From an uncultured Gemmatimonadales bacterium (lineage in GTDB: Bacteria > Gemmatimonadota > Gemmatimonadetes > Gemmatimonadales > GWC2-71-9), in assembly GCA_963825055.1 (NCBI GenBank), contig CAWGSK010000022.1:1-59827 (forward strand): 59,827 nucleotides of DNA, given 5' to 3'. Positions 10,022-20,078 of this stretch are shown here, piece after piece. Below the pieces are notes generated by a model that was given only the letters and a program-made list of their open reading frames with translations, was not told where the DNA came from and did no database searches. The position numbers and the translations under genes were made by a program. Every line of letters begins with the position of its first letter. The first letter of the stretch is position 1.

Positions 10022-10138
10022 AAGGCCTCCAGGACGGTCAGGGGGCTACCAACATGTTAAGGGGAGAAGAAACTGTCAAAGGGGGAGGGAGTCGGGGGGA
10101 TCGGGCGGGAATCGGGTTCGTGTGCCCCCCTTCACCTT

Positions 10139-10705
10139 TCACCCTTCACCTTTCACCTCTCCCTTCTCGCTTTCCCATTCCTCTCTCAGCAGTCCATACA
10201 CGGCATGGTCCACGAACCGATCCGTGATCCAGTGCGACTGGCGGCGCACCCCCTCCAGGGTAAACCCGAGCCGTTCGGGAATTGCCCGGCTGGCCCGGTT
10301 CTCGACTCCGCACTGCATCTCAATGCGGTTCAGGCCGATGTCCTCGAAGAGATACCGGATTCCTTCCGCTGCCGCCCGGGTCGCGAGCCCCCGGCCCAGG
10401 AACTCCCGTCCCAGCCAGTATCCCACTTCCGCGTTCCGGTTCTGGGGATGGATATGCCAGCAGACCAGGCCGCCTGCCAGCATCCCATCATCGAAGATCC
10501 CGCAGTGAAACCCGTCGCCCGCCTCCTGTTTCGCCTCGAACATGCCAAGGAACGCCTCGACATCCTCCGTGCGCCGGAGTGTACCTGACCACCGGAGCCA
10601 CCGGTCGAGGTGCTCCCGGTTCCGGCTGACCAGGTCGAGCACCGCTGGTGTATCGGCCCTGGTGAAGGAAACCAGCCTTCCGGTGTCCCCGAACGTCAGT
10701 TCCAA
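10139..10705 (-). CDS. RimL/RimJ-type GNAT N-acetyltransferase
   Basis: AEVGYWLG..GRGLAT, NRASRAIPERLGF; TTG start at 10705 after GAGGGAG. Confidence 0.9.
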   Translation of the reverse strand: MELTFGDTGRLVSFTRADTPAVLDLVSRNREHLDRWLRWSGTLRRTEDVEAFLGMFEAKQEAGDGFHCGIFDDGMLAGGLVCWHIHPQNRNAEVGYWLGREFLGRGLATRAAAEGIRYLFEDIGLNRIEMQCGVENRASRAIPERLGFTLEGVRRQSHWITDRFVDHAVYGLLREEWESEKGEVKGEG

Positions 10706-10718
10706 TGCGCGCTCCCTC

Positions 10719-11453
10719 TCAGAACAGGCCCAGCAGGTGCGCCGCCATGACCAGGATGGCCGCGACCAGGACAATGCGGATGATCCCCTCCCCGCGGCGT
10801 ACGGCGAGCCGGGCCGCCCACCAGCCACCCACGGCATTGCCGGCCGCCAGGCTCAGGCCGAGTCCCCAGGCCACGTGACCGCCCGCGGCGAAGACGGCGA
10901 GGGCGGGCAGGGTATAGACCAGGACGACCGTGACCTTGTGTACGTTGACGAATACCAGGTTCATGCGCAGAAGGTGATAGAAAGCCGCCATCAGCAGGAA
11001 GCCGACCCCTGCCTGGATGAACCCTCCGTAGAACCCGATGGCGAACAGGGCGGGGTAGATCCACCGGGATCTCCGGCCTTCCGGTGTGGTGTCCCGGTCG
11101 GGCCGCGGGAGAAGCATGGAGATGACGATTCCCACCATGACCACGCCGAAGAGGCGCTGGAACCAGGCGTCGCTGATCCGCAGCGCCACCACCGCGCCGG
11201 CGATGGCGCCCGGCAGTGCCCAGGCGGCGAAGACGAGGCCCTGCCGGAAGCGGCCCACCTTCTCCCGCTTGAACGACAGGGTGGCGAAGAGGTTCTGGAC
11301 CAGGATCGCGATCCGGTTGGTCCCGTTGGCGGTGGCGCCGTCGAGGCCGAGGAAGAGCAGTACCGCCAGGGAGATGGCGGAACCGCCGCCGGCCATGACG
11401 TTCATGGAGCCGGCGACGAGGCCGATGGCGAAGAGGAGGAAGTGGGGGAGCAG
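10719..11453 (-). CDS. TSUP (TauE/SafE) family membrane transporter
   Basis: NVMAGGGS, ANGTNR, GFYGGFIQAGVG; start uncertain (CTG 11453 or ATG 11405). Confidence 0.88.
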   Translation of the reverse strand: MLPHFLLFAIGLVAGSMNVMAGGGSAISLAVLLFLGLDGATANGTNRIAILVQNLFATLSFKREKVGRFRQGLVFAAWALPGAIAGAVVALRISDAWFQRLFGVVMVGIVISMLLPRPDRDTTPEGRRSRWIYPALFAIGFYGGFIQAGVGFLLMAAFYHLLRMNLVFVNVHKVTVVLVYTLPALAVFAAGGHVAWGLGLSLAAGNAVGGWWAARLAVRRGEGIIRIVLVAAILVMAAHLLGLF

Positions 11454-11456
11454 GGA

Positions 11457-11558
11457 GTCGTTGAGGCGTTAGTCGTTGAGTTGTTGGTCGTCAGTCGTGG
11501 TCAGTGTCGGAACCGTTACCTTCGGGTCCGTTCACCGTTCACCGTTCACCGTTCACCG
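11457..11558. repeat. Composite array (GTCGTTGA-like)n + AACCGTTACCTTCGG + (GTTCACC)n, copy 1
   Basis: Same layout and 15-bp linker at 14553-14695. Confidence 0.85.
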
Positions 11559-14486
11559 TGTTCTTGGTTCCGCATTCAGCCGCACCAGCGCTTCCCGCGC
11601 TTCCCGGGCAAGACCGGCGAGCGGCTCCTCGGCGTCGCGCCAGAGACGTGCGACGAACCCATAGTTGTCGATGGCGATGGCCCGCTCCCCCCGCTTCTCG
11701 GCCAGCCGGGCGCGGTAGAGTCTCCAGATGACCGCGTCGGGTTCGGGCGCCCCGGACTGCCGGGACTGCAGTAATGCCCAGGCGCGGTCCTCCGGGTCGA
11801 AAGCGAGCGTGAGTTCGGCGGGAAGGAGTCCGAATGGAGTCTCCGCCTGCAGCCCGAGAGGGGCGTTCTCGATCCGTGGTGTGCGTCGTCTGGCGGCGGT
11901 GGAATCACCCCGGGCGAGGCTCAGCATCGCCCGTATGAAATCGGCCGCGGGCTCGAGTTCCTGCCTGACTTCCGGAGGCGCCGCGCCGGCGACAGAATCG
12001 ACCCGTCGCTGCAGCCGGCCAAGTCGGGCGGTGTCTCCCGTGGCCACCCAGATCGACAGGCCCGTCAGGGGCCCGAAGGGCGATGGTGAATCCCAGCCGG
12101 CGTCGTTCAGGCTGTCGAACCTCGCCACGGGCAGGGCATCCAGCGACGCCAGCTCCCGCGCCAGGTATCGCCGCTGATTCGGGCTCCGAACGCGCTCGAG
12201 CGCGGAGACGGCCTCGGAGAGCCTGCCGTGGTACAGCAACTGCTCGACGAGCAGCTCGGGGACCCCCGGGGCTTCAGGGAAACGCCGGGCCCTGGTCCGC
12301 GCCAGCATGAGCCCGAGGGTATCGACAGTCCACTCGGTGAACCGCTGGGCCCGGCGCATGAGGTCTGCCGAGGCCGTGTCCATCGCCGTCTGCTTTGCCG
12401 CAACGGGCACCGAGGGATCGAAGAAGAATTCGACCATCCGCAGGGCCTGGCGCTTCTCGTCCGGCAGGCCCGGAACGGCGAGCATGTTGCGGACAAGGGC
12501 GAGGGTCGTGTCGGGGGGCTCGAACATGGGGCTCAATTCGACCGCGTGCTCGAACGCCAGCGCCGACTGGGGGTCGAGCGCCGTGGCCCGGCGGAAATTC
12601 TGGTAGTGCCAGCGCTGGCTCTTCCCGAGCAGGTTCAGGTGGTAGTTCTCGTCGGTAATGCGATAGATCACGTCGGGGTCGTCAGGATAACTGGCCAGCG
12701 CCGTATCCATTACCTGAGCCATGCGGGCGGCACGGGTGAAGTCGGGCCCGAGGCCACTGTCAAACCGGAGATACTGCGCCGCGGCGAGCGAATCGGCGAG
12801 CACCATGAGGCTGTCGCGCCGGGTGAGTCCCCGGTTCCGGGCTCCGGCCTCCAGCCGGAGCCGGATGGCGATGGAGTCGTTTGCGGCCGTGAGCCACCCT
12901 CGTGCATGGGAGCCGTACAGGCGCCCCAGCACGAAGCCCGTGTCGTGGGCAATACTCCGGGTGAAGTGGTCCGCGGCGCTTGCATAGGAGGCCCGCCGGA
13001 GGTCGCGCATCCCGGAGAGGAACTCCCGGACCGCCAGCGGGTCCGACGTGCCCAGCGGGTCGCGACGAACCTGTCCGAGTTCACGGGTCCGGCCCAGGAC
13101 GTCGAGGAACATCGTGGCCAGCGAATCGGCCAGCCGGTCCATCCTTGCAGCCGCGCCGCGCCAGTCCCTCGTGGCCATCTCCGTGCTGTCGGACAGGTCC
13201 AGCAGGGACGCGGTGAGACGGACGGAATCGGCCCCGCCGATGACCTGGCCATAGACCACGTACCGGGCGCCCATCTTCCGGCCAAACCGGCCGGCGGACT
13301 CGCGATCGGCACGTCCGTCCCAGGCGCGGATGGCGCGCGTGGGGGCCACGGCGCGCAGCGTGCCGGCCCCGTCGAAGTACCGGGCGAGCACATCCACCAT
13401 ACCGTCGCTCCAGACGGCCAGGTCGGCGTCGCTGGAAACGAGCTCGAACGGGGCCACGGCGACGAGATTGTCACCGAGCACCGTTCCCCGGTTGTCGCGC
13501 GAGGGCAGGTAGAACAGCACCAGGAGCAGGAGAAGCGCCAGCGCCGTGATGGCGGCGACCATGGGCCACCGGGACCGGCGTGGTTGCGGCTGGTCGGGGA
13601 CGACCGCATCGATCGTGGGCATCGCCGTCGGCGTGACGACCGCGGCATCCAGCGCCCGGGCCATGCCGGTGCCATTGGCGAAGCGGTCCGCGGGCACCCG
13701 GGCGAGCGCGGTGGCCACGACCCGCTCGACCGCAGGCGGCACCGCACTGCGGACGGTGTGCAAGGGCCGGTACGGCTCGGTCATGGCCCGGGTAATCACC
13801 TGCATCGGGGTGGGACCCGTCCACGGCGGCTCGCCGGCGAGCATCTCGTACAGGACGCAGCCCAGCGCATACACGTCGGCCCGCGCGTCCACGGCCGCGT
13901 CGCCGGTAGCCTGCTCCGGGCTCATGTACGCGGGAGTGCCGACCGCGAGGCCGGTGCCGGTCAGCTGCTGGGCCTCACTGCCCAGGGCCCGGGCAATGCC
14001 GAAGTCCGCCACGGCCACGTGGCCGCCGGCCAGCAGCAGGTTCTCGGGCTTGATGTCGCGATGGATGATGCCGTGCTCGTGCGCATGGCCCAGGGCGTCG
14101 GCGGCTTCCCGGGCAATCGTCACCGCCTCGGCGACCGGCAGCTGGCCTTCGCGTGACAGCCGGTCGCGGAGTGACTCGCCCTCCACGTACGGCATGGTGT
14201 ACCAGAGCAGGGCGGGGCCACCGCCGGTGGCCGCGACCTCGCCCGAGTCGTGCACGGTCAGGATGTGGGGGTGCTGCAGGCGGGCGGCGACCCGGATCTC
14301 GCGAAGAAAGCGCTCGGAACCCACGCTTGCCGCCAGCTCCGGATCGAGAACTTTCAGGGCGACCAGACGATCATGCTTGAGATCCCGGGCGAGGAAGACC
14401 ATGGCCATGCCCCCGCGCCCCAGCTCCCGTTCGATCGTGTAGGAGCCGGCCAGTCCGGTCTGGAGGATGGTGCCGAGGTCGGTCAT
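11553..14486 (-). CDS. Hanks-type Ser/Thr protein kinase, single TM, extracellular TolB-N-like/TPR region
   Basis: GRGGMAMVF, VALK, HRDIKPEN, DFG, GTPAYMSPEQ; TM segment; VAVAPFE. Confidence 0.92.
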   Translation of the reverse strand: MTDLGTILQTGLAGSYTIERELGRGGMAMVFLARDLKHDRLVALKVLDPELAASVGSERFLREIRVAARLQHPHILTVHDSGEVAATGGGPALLWYTMPYVEGESLRDRLSREGQLPVAEAVTIAREAADALGHAHEHGIIHRDIKPENLLLAGGHVAVADFGIARALGSEAQQLTGTGLAVGTPAYMSPEQATGDAAVDARADVYALGCVLYEMLAGEPPWTGPTPMQVITRAMTEPYRPLHTVRSAVPPAVERVVATALARVPADRFANGTGMARALDAAVVTPTAMPTIDAVVPDQPQPRRSRWPMVAAITALALLLLLVLFYLPSRDNRGTVLGDNLVAVAPFELVSSDADLAVWSDGMVDVLARYFDGAGTLRAVAPTRAIRAWDGRADRESAGRFGRKMGARYVVYGQVIGGADSVRLTASLLDLSDSTEMATRDWRGAAARMDRLADSLATMFLDVLGRTRELGQVRRDPLGTSDPLAVREFLSGMRDLRRASYASAADHFTRSIAHDTGFVLGRLYGSHARGWLTAANDSIAIRLRLEAGARNRGLTRRDSLMVLADSLAAAQYLRFDSGLGPDFTRAARMAQVMDTALASYPDDPDVIYRITDENYHLNLLGKSQRWHYQNFRRATALDPQSALAFEHAVELSPMFEPPDTTLALVRNMLAVPGLPDEKRQALRMVEFFFDPSVPVAAKQTAMDTASADLMRRAQRFTEWTVDTLGLMLARTRARRFPEAPGVPELLVEQLLYHGRLSEAVSALERVRSPNQRRYLARELASLDALPVARFDSLNDAGWDSPSPFGPLTGLSIWVATGDTARLGRLQRRVDSVAGAAPPEVRQELEPAADFIRAMLSLARGDSTAARRRTPRIENAPLGLQAETPFGLLPAELTLAFDPEDRAWALLQSRQSGAPEPDAVIWRLYRARLAEKRGERAIAIDNYGFVARLWRDAEEPLAGLAREAREALVRLNAEPRTR

Positions 14487-14552
14487 GGGTGCCCGGTGTG
14501 GATGACTTACCTAGATATAGCGGGGAGGGGGGAATGTCGAGGTTGGGCGGAG

Positions 14553-14695
14553 GTCGGGTGTCGGGTGTCGTTGAGTCGTTGAGTGGTTGAGTGGTTGAGT
14601 GGTTGAGTCGTTAGTGGTAGTCGAAGTCGAAACCGTTACCTTCGGTTCGTTCACCGTTCACCGTTCACCGTTCACCGTTCACCGTTCACCGTTCA
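14553..14695. repeat. Composite array (TCGGGTG)n + (GTTGAGTS)n + AACCGTTACCTTCGG + (GTTCACC)n, copy 2
   Basis: Direct reading; linker at 14631-14645. Confidence 0.88.
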
Positions 14696-15481
14696 GGTGA
14701 ACTCTCCCCGCATGACGGTCACGGCCTGTCCGGCCAGGAGCACCCGGTCGTCCTTCACGTGGACGCGTACGACGCCGCCCCGGGCGCTTGCCTGGAAACC
14801 GGTCAGTTCATTCCGGCCGAGGCGCGTAGCCCAGAAGGGGGCGAGGCAGCAGTGCGCCGAACCGGTGACCGGATCTTCCCGGATACCCGCCGACGGCGCG
14901 AAGAAGCGGGAGACGAAGTCGTACTCCCCGTCGTCTGCCACGGCGGTGACGATGAAGCCGCGGGCGGAGATGGACTCGAGGATTCCGAAGTCAGGGTCCA
15001 GCTCGCGGACGGTCTGCTCGCTGTCCACCTCGATCAGGTAGTCCGTCCCGTTGCATCCCACATACTGGAGCGCAACGCCGAAGGCCTCGGTGAGTTCGAT
15101 CGGGGCCACGCAGTAGTCTTCGGGCTTGGCGGGGAAGTCCATCTCGATCCAGCCATCGCCGCGGCTCGCCGTCAGGGCACCGGAGCGCGTCTCGAAAGTG
15201 ATCGCGTCGCCGGCACGGACGTGGCCGTCCTCCCACAGGACGTGGGCGCTGGCCAGGGTGGCGTGGCCGCAGAGGTCCACCTCCGTGACGGGCGTGAACC
15301 AGCGGAGCTGGTAGGCGTCACCGTCCCTGTGCAGGAAGGCGGTCTCGGAGAGGTTGAGCTCCCGGGCCACGTCCTGCATCCATCGCTCTTCCTGCGCGCC
15401 GGGCAGCAGGCAGACACCGGCCGGGTTCCCCCGGAACGGCGTGTCGGTAAAGCTGTCGACCTGGATAATGGATTGCGCCAT
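14693..15481 (-). CDS. PhzF family isomerase
   Basis: VDSFT..FRGNPAGV, NLSETAF, EVDLCGHATLA, EDPVTGSAHC; start re-set to ATG 15481. Confidence 0.95.
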   Translation of the reverse strand: MAQSIIQVDSFTDTPFRGNPAGVCLLPGAQEERWMQDVARELNLSETAFLHRDGDAYQLRWFTPVTEVDLCGHATLASAHVLWEDGHVRAGDAITFETRSGALTASRGDGWIEMDFPAKPEDYCVAPIELTEAFGVALQYVGCNGTDYLIEVDSEQTVRELDPDFGILESISARGFIVTAVADDGEYDFVSRFFAPSAGIREDPVTGSAHCCLAPFWATRLGRNELTGFQASARGGVVRVHVKDDRVLLAGQAVTVMRGEFT

Positions 15482-15500
15482 GTGCCCTCGCTCGGGGGAC

Positions 15501-15890
15501 TCAGTCGTCAATGACGGCCTCGGCTTCGATCTCGACCAGCATGCCGGGATCGATGAGCCGGGCAACCTCGACCATGGTCGAGACGGGACGGATATCACGG
15601 AACACTTCGCCGTGCGCCCGGCCGACCTCGTCGGCGCGGCTGATGTCGGTTACGTAGATGCGGGTACGGACCACGTCGGCGAAGGAAGCGCCGGCACGTT
15701 CGAGTGCCCGGCCGATGTTGGCCAGGGCCTGCACCGCCTGGCCATGCATGTCGCCGGGGGCGACCAGGTTGCCGCCGGCGTCGGTGGCGGTGGTCCCGGC
15801 GACATGGACAGTGGAACCGACCCGGACCGCCCGGCTGTAACCATACTTCGGCTCCCAGGCAGTACCGGACGCGAAAAGCTCCCGTGGCAT
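15501..15890 (-). CDS. RidA/YjgF (Rid7-like) family protein
   Basis: WEPKYGYSRAVRVG, VVRTRIY, LVEIEAEA. Confidence 0.92.
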   Translation of the reverse strand: MPRELFASGTAWEPKYGYSRAVRVGSTVHVAGTTATDAGGNLVAPGDMHGQAVQALANIGRALERAGASFADVVRTRIYVTDISRADEVGRAHGEVFRDIRPVSTMVEVARLIDPGMLVEIEAEAVIDD

Positions 15891-15991
15891 GGGAGGGAAG
15901 GTAATCCGGGAATGGGGGATCAGGTATCGGGTGTGGGAAGGGAACAGGGAGTCGGGGTAATACGGTTGAGATCCGCAAACTATCTTCGGAT

Positions 15992-16041
15992 CCGCTCACC
16001 GCTCACCGCTCACCGCTCACCGCTCACCGCTCACCGCTCAC
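15992..16041. repeat. Tandem heptamer (GCTCACC)n
   Basis: About 7 perfect copies; contains the stop codon of the 16024-16218 ORF. Confidence 0.95.
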
Positions 16042-16218
16042 GGCCCTCACCACCGCCTCCACCACCCCAAGCTGGTCATAGAACCCGTCCACCATCCGGC
16101 GGCGGACCAGGGCCAGCCGGGCAGGCGGCAGGACGGGGGCGTGCAGTCCGGGGCCTCCGAGGCGCAGGGCCAGGGTGGAAAGGCGGAGCAGGGCAGGCGG
16201 TTCGGTGCGGTCGGTCAT
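16024..16218 (-). CDS. Small FlgM-like anti-sigma28 candidate
   Basis: AGGAG RBS; LRLS..A...RLALVRRRMVDGFYD..VVEAVVRAV resembles the FlgM C-terminal helices; upstream sigma28-like promoter; fliA nearby. Confidence 0.6.
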   Translation of the reverse strand: MTDRTEPPALLRLSTLALRLGGPGLHAPVLPPARLALVRRRMVDGFYDQLGVVEAVVRAVSGER

Positions 16219-16235
16219 GAAGTCTCCTGGTGGGA

Positions 16236-16263
16236 GTATCGGCGGGGGCGGGTGGAACCTTGA
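16236..16263 (-). promoter_or_regulatory. Sigma28 (FliA/WhiG)-type promoter
   Basis: Minus strand TCAAG-N15-GCCGATAC just upstream of the FlgM-like ORF. Confidence 0.75.
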
Positions 16264-16314
16264 GTGAGAAGGGAGAGGGAGTAGGGGGAGTAGGGAGTAA
16301 GGCAGGTTCTGGGA

Positions 16315-17626
16315 GGCCCTGTCAGGAATTCTGTGTGTGGGCCGGTGGACTACCCCTCCAGGATGAAGCGGTCGGGGTAGAGGATGGCAAAGTGGGTCAT
16401 GGCCTGTTTCCAGTCGCGCGGCCCCTGTTTCCAGCGGGCCGTGATGTTGCGCAGCACGAGGTAAAGCAACTTGAGGGCGGCCTCGTCATTCGGGAAGTGC
16501 CCCCGGACCTTGAGCGCTTTCCGGAGCTGCATGTGCAGGCTCTCGATCGCGTTCGTGGTGTAGAGCACCCGGCGGATGGGCAGGGGATAGGCGAAGAACG
16601 GAATGACCTGGGGCCACTGCCGCCGCCACGCCGCCGCAATGGGGGGATACTTCGTGCCCCAGGGACCGGCGGCGAACGCCTCCAGGGCCCGCTCCGCTGC
16701 GTCGGCATTGAGCGCCTGGTAAATCCCCTTGAGCGCCGCCGCCACGGCCTTGCGGTCCTTCCAGGTCACGAAGCGCAGGGAATGGCGCAGGAGGTGCACG
16801 ATGCAGGTCTGGACCGTCGTTCGGGGGAAGACGCTGGTGATGGCCTCGGGGAAGCCGGCCAGGCCATCCACGACCGCGAACAGGACATCCTGCACCCCGC
16901 GGGCCTGCAACTCGCTCATCACCCGGAGCCAGAACGTGGCCCCCTCGGTCTGCTCGATCCACAGGCCCAGCACGTCCTTGTGCCCGTCGGGCGTCACCCC
17001 CAGGGCCAGGTAGACGGCCTTGCTCTTGACTGCCCCCTCGTCGCGGATCTTCACCCGCAGCGCGTCGAAAAAGACCACCGGGTACAGCGGCGCCAACGGC
17101 CGCTGCTGCCAGGCGTGGACTTCGTCCAGGACCGCATCGGTCACGGCACTGATCAGCGTCGGCGAGACGTCCACCCCATACAACTCGCGCAGATGCCCCT
17201 GCATCTCCCGCACCGTCAGGCCCCGGGCGTAGAGCGCGATCACCTTCGCGTCGAACCCCGGCAGGCGCCGCTGATGCTTCGGCACCAGCTGCGGCTCAAA
17301 GGTGCCGGCGCGATCCCGGGGGATGGCCAGGCGCAACGCGCTCGTGTCGGTCTGCACCGTCTTGGGCGTCGATCCATTGCGGTGATTGCGGGGCGGCGTC
17401 CCCTCCGCCGCCTCGGCGGCCAGATGGGCCCCCAGCTCGGCTCCCAGCGCCCGCTCCGCCAACGCCGTCTTCAGCTGGTCGAAGATCCCGCCCGGCCCCA
17501 GCATGTCCTCAGGCCGCTGGTACTCCGCCAGCAGCTGATCGAGTAATTCCGGTGCGAAGGTCATCCGCTTGCCTTTCTTGCCCATGGCAGCAAAGATGGC
17601 TCACACACAAAAATCAGGACAGGCAC
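16315..17626 (-). mobile_element. IS256 family insertion sequence
   Basis: Imperfect terminal IRs GGCCCTGTCAGGAATTCTGTGTGTGGGCC / GTGCCTGTCCTGATTTTTGTGTGTGAGCC around a single transposase; exact ends +/-2 bp. Confidence 0.92.
16350..17585 (-). CDS. IS256 family DDE transposase
   Basis: PRDRAGTFEP, FFDALRVKIR, VVDGL, QTCIVH, YTTNAIES; appears intact. Confidence 0.97.
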   Translation of the reverse strand: MGKKGKRMTFAPELLDQLLAEYQRPEDMLGPGGIFDQLKTALAERALGAELGAHLAAEAAEGTPPRNHRNGSTPKTVQTDTSALRLAIPRDRAGTFEPQLVPKHQRRLPGFDAKVIALYARGLTVREMQGHLRELYGVDVSPTLISAVTDAVLDEVHAWQQRPLAPLYPVVFFDALRVKIRDEGAVKSKAVYLALGVTPDGHKDVLGLWIEQTEGATFWLRVMSELQARGVQDVLFAVVDGLAGFPEAITSVFPRTTVQTCIVHLLRHSLRFVTWKDRKAVAAALKGIYQALNADAAERALEAFAAGPWGTKYPPIAAAWRRQWPQVIPFFAYPLPIRRVLYTTNAIESLHMQLRKALKVRGHFPNDEAALKLLYLVLRNITARWKQGPRDWKQAMTHFAILYPDRFILEG

Positions 17627-17690
17627 CCGATACCCGATTCCCGATACCCGACTTGACCACTCAACCACTCAACCACTCAACCACTCAACG
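17626..17690. repeat. (CCCGATA)n + (ACCACTCA)n arrays
   Basis: Reverse complements of the unit types at 5479-5534 and 14553-14610. Confidence 0.88.
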
Positions 17691-17760
17691 CTCCCTCTTC
17701 CCTTTTGCCTCTTCACTATTCTCTATATTCCCCTCACCCCCTCACCCCGGAGATCGACTC

Positions 17761-19104
<1,344 letters not shown>

Positions 19105-19123
19105 TCGAGGTACCCCGGCGGAC

Positions 19124-19174
19124 CCGGAAACTCCTTCCGGTACCCCGGTAAGACCTTCCGGAAAGTCTTTCCAG
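19124..19174. promoter_or_regulatory. Three palindromic CCGGAA-N5-TTCCGG boxes, candidate upstream activator sequence
   Basis: Boxes at 19124-19140, 19145-19161, 19158-19174, about 100-150 bp upstream of a -24/-12 promoter. Confidence 0.65.
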
Positions 19175-19270
19175 CCCCCTGGGGAGCCGGCCTCGAAACG
19201 GCCTCAGGCACACACTGTAAGTAGCTGTCAATAAACCCGATGCCGGGTTGTCCCCAACCATCTCGTCAGG

Positions 19271-19285
19271 CGGTACACCGCTTGC
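19271..19285 (+). promoter_or_regulatory. Sigma54 -24/-12 promoter of fliA
   Basis: CGGTACACCGCTTGC: GG(19272)-N10-GC(19284) with TTGC. Confidence 0.75.
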
Positions 19286-19316
19286 CCCTATGGGTTTCGA
19301 ACCCATGGAGGCGACG

Positions 19317-20072
19317 ATGTACCAGGAACAGGAACTCTGGCAGCGCTATCACCACTTCGCCGACCCGGCCGCCCGCGATGCCCTCGTCGCGCGGTACCTC
19401 GGGCTGGTCCATCATGTCGCGCGGCAGGTGCTCCCGCGGCTCGCGGACACGGTTGAACTGGACGACCTGGTAGGCGCGGGAAGCATCGGCCTGCTTCAGG
19501 CGATGACCTCCTTCGACCCGTCGCGCGGACTCGCCTTCAGCACGTTCGCGGTGCAGCGGATCCGGGGCGCCATGATCGACGAACTGCGGAGCCGGGACTG
19601 GGCGCCGCGCTCGGTGCGCGCACGCGCCCGCCAGATGGCCGCCGCCGAGCGCGAGCTGGGGAGTGAACTCGGCCGCGAGCCCACGGCACGCGAGACCGCC
19701 ATGCGGCTTGGCGTGGACCTGCCGACCTACTGGCGCTGGAAGCAGGACACGGACAACACCGCGCTGGTGTCGCTCGACCAGGGTCCAGCGGGTGAACCCG
19801 GAGCGGCGACCCCGCTGGAACTGGTGGCGGACCGGACAGCCGTGGCGGCCGATGATGACCTGGATCGCGAAGAGGAACTGGCGATGATGCGGGCGAGCCT
19901 GCTGGCGATGCCGGAGCGGGAGCGGATGGTGCTGACGCTGTCGTACTACGAGGAACTGACCCTGCGGGAAATCGCCGAGGTTCTGGGTGTCACCGAGTCC
20001 CGGGTGTCGCAGATCCGGACCCAGGCGGTCCGGAAGCTTCGCGGCAGGATGGAGCTGGCCGGGGCGGCCTGA
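19317..20072 (+). CDS. fliA: FliA/WhiG family RNA polymerase sigma factor
   Basis: DDLVGAGSIGLL, RIRGAMIDELRSRDWAPRSVR, YYEELTLREIAEVLGVTESRVSQI; start re-set to ATG 19317 after GGAGG. Confidence 0.93.
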   Translation: MYQEQELWQRYHHFADPAARDALVARYLGLVHHVARQVLPRLADTVELDDLVGAGSIGLLQAMTSFDPSRGLAFSTFAVQRIRGAMIDELRSRDWAPRSVRARARQMAAAERELGSELGREPTARETAMRLGVDLPTYWRWKQDTDNTALVSLDQGPAGEPGAATPLELVADRTAVAADDDLDREEELAMMRASLLAMPERERMVLTLSYYEELTLREIAEVLGVTESRVSQIRTQAVRKLRGRMELAGAA

Positions 20073-20078
20073 GGTCCT

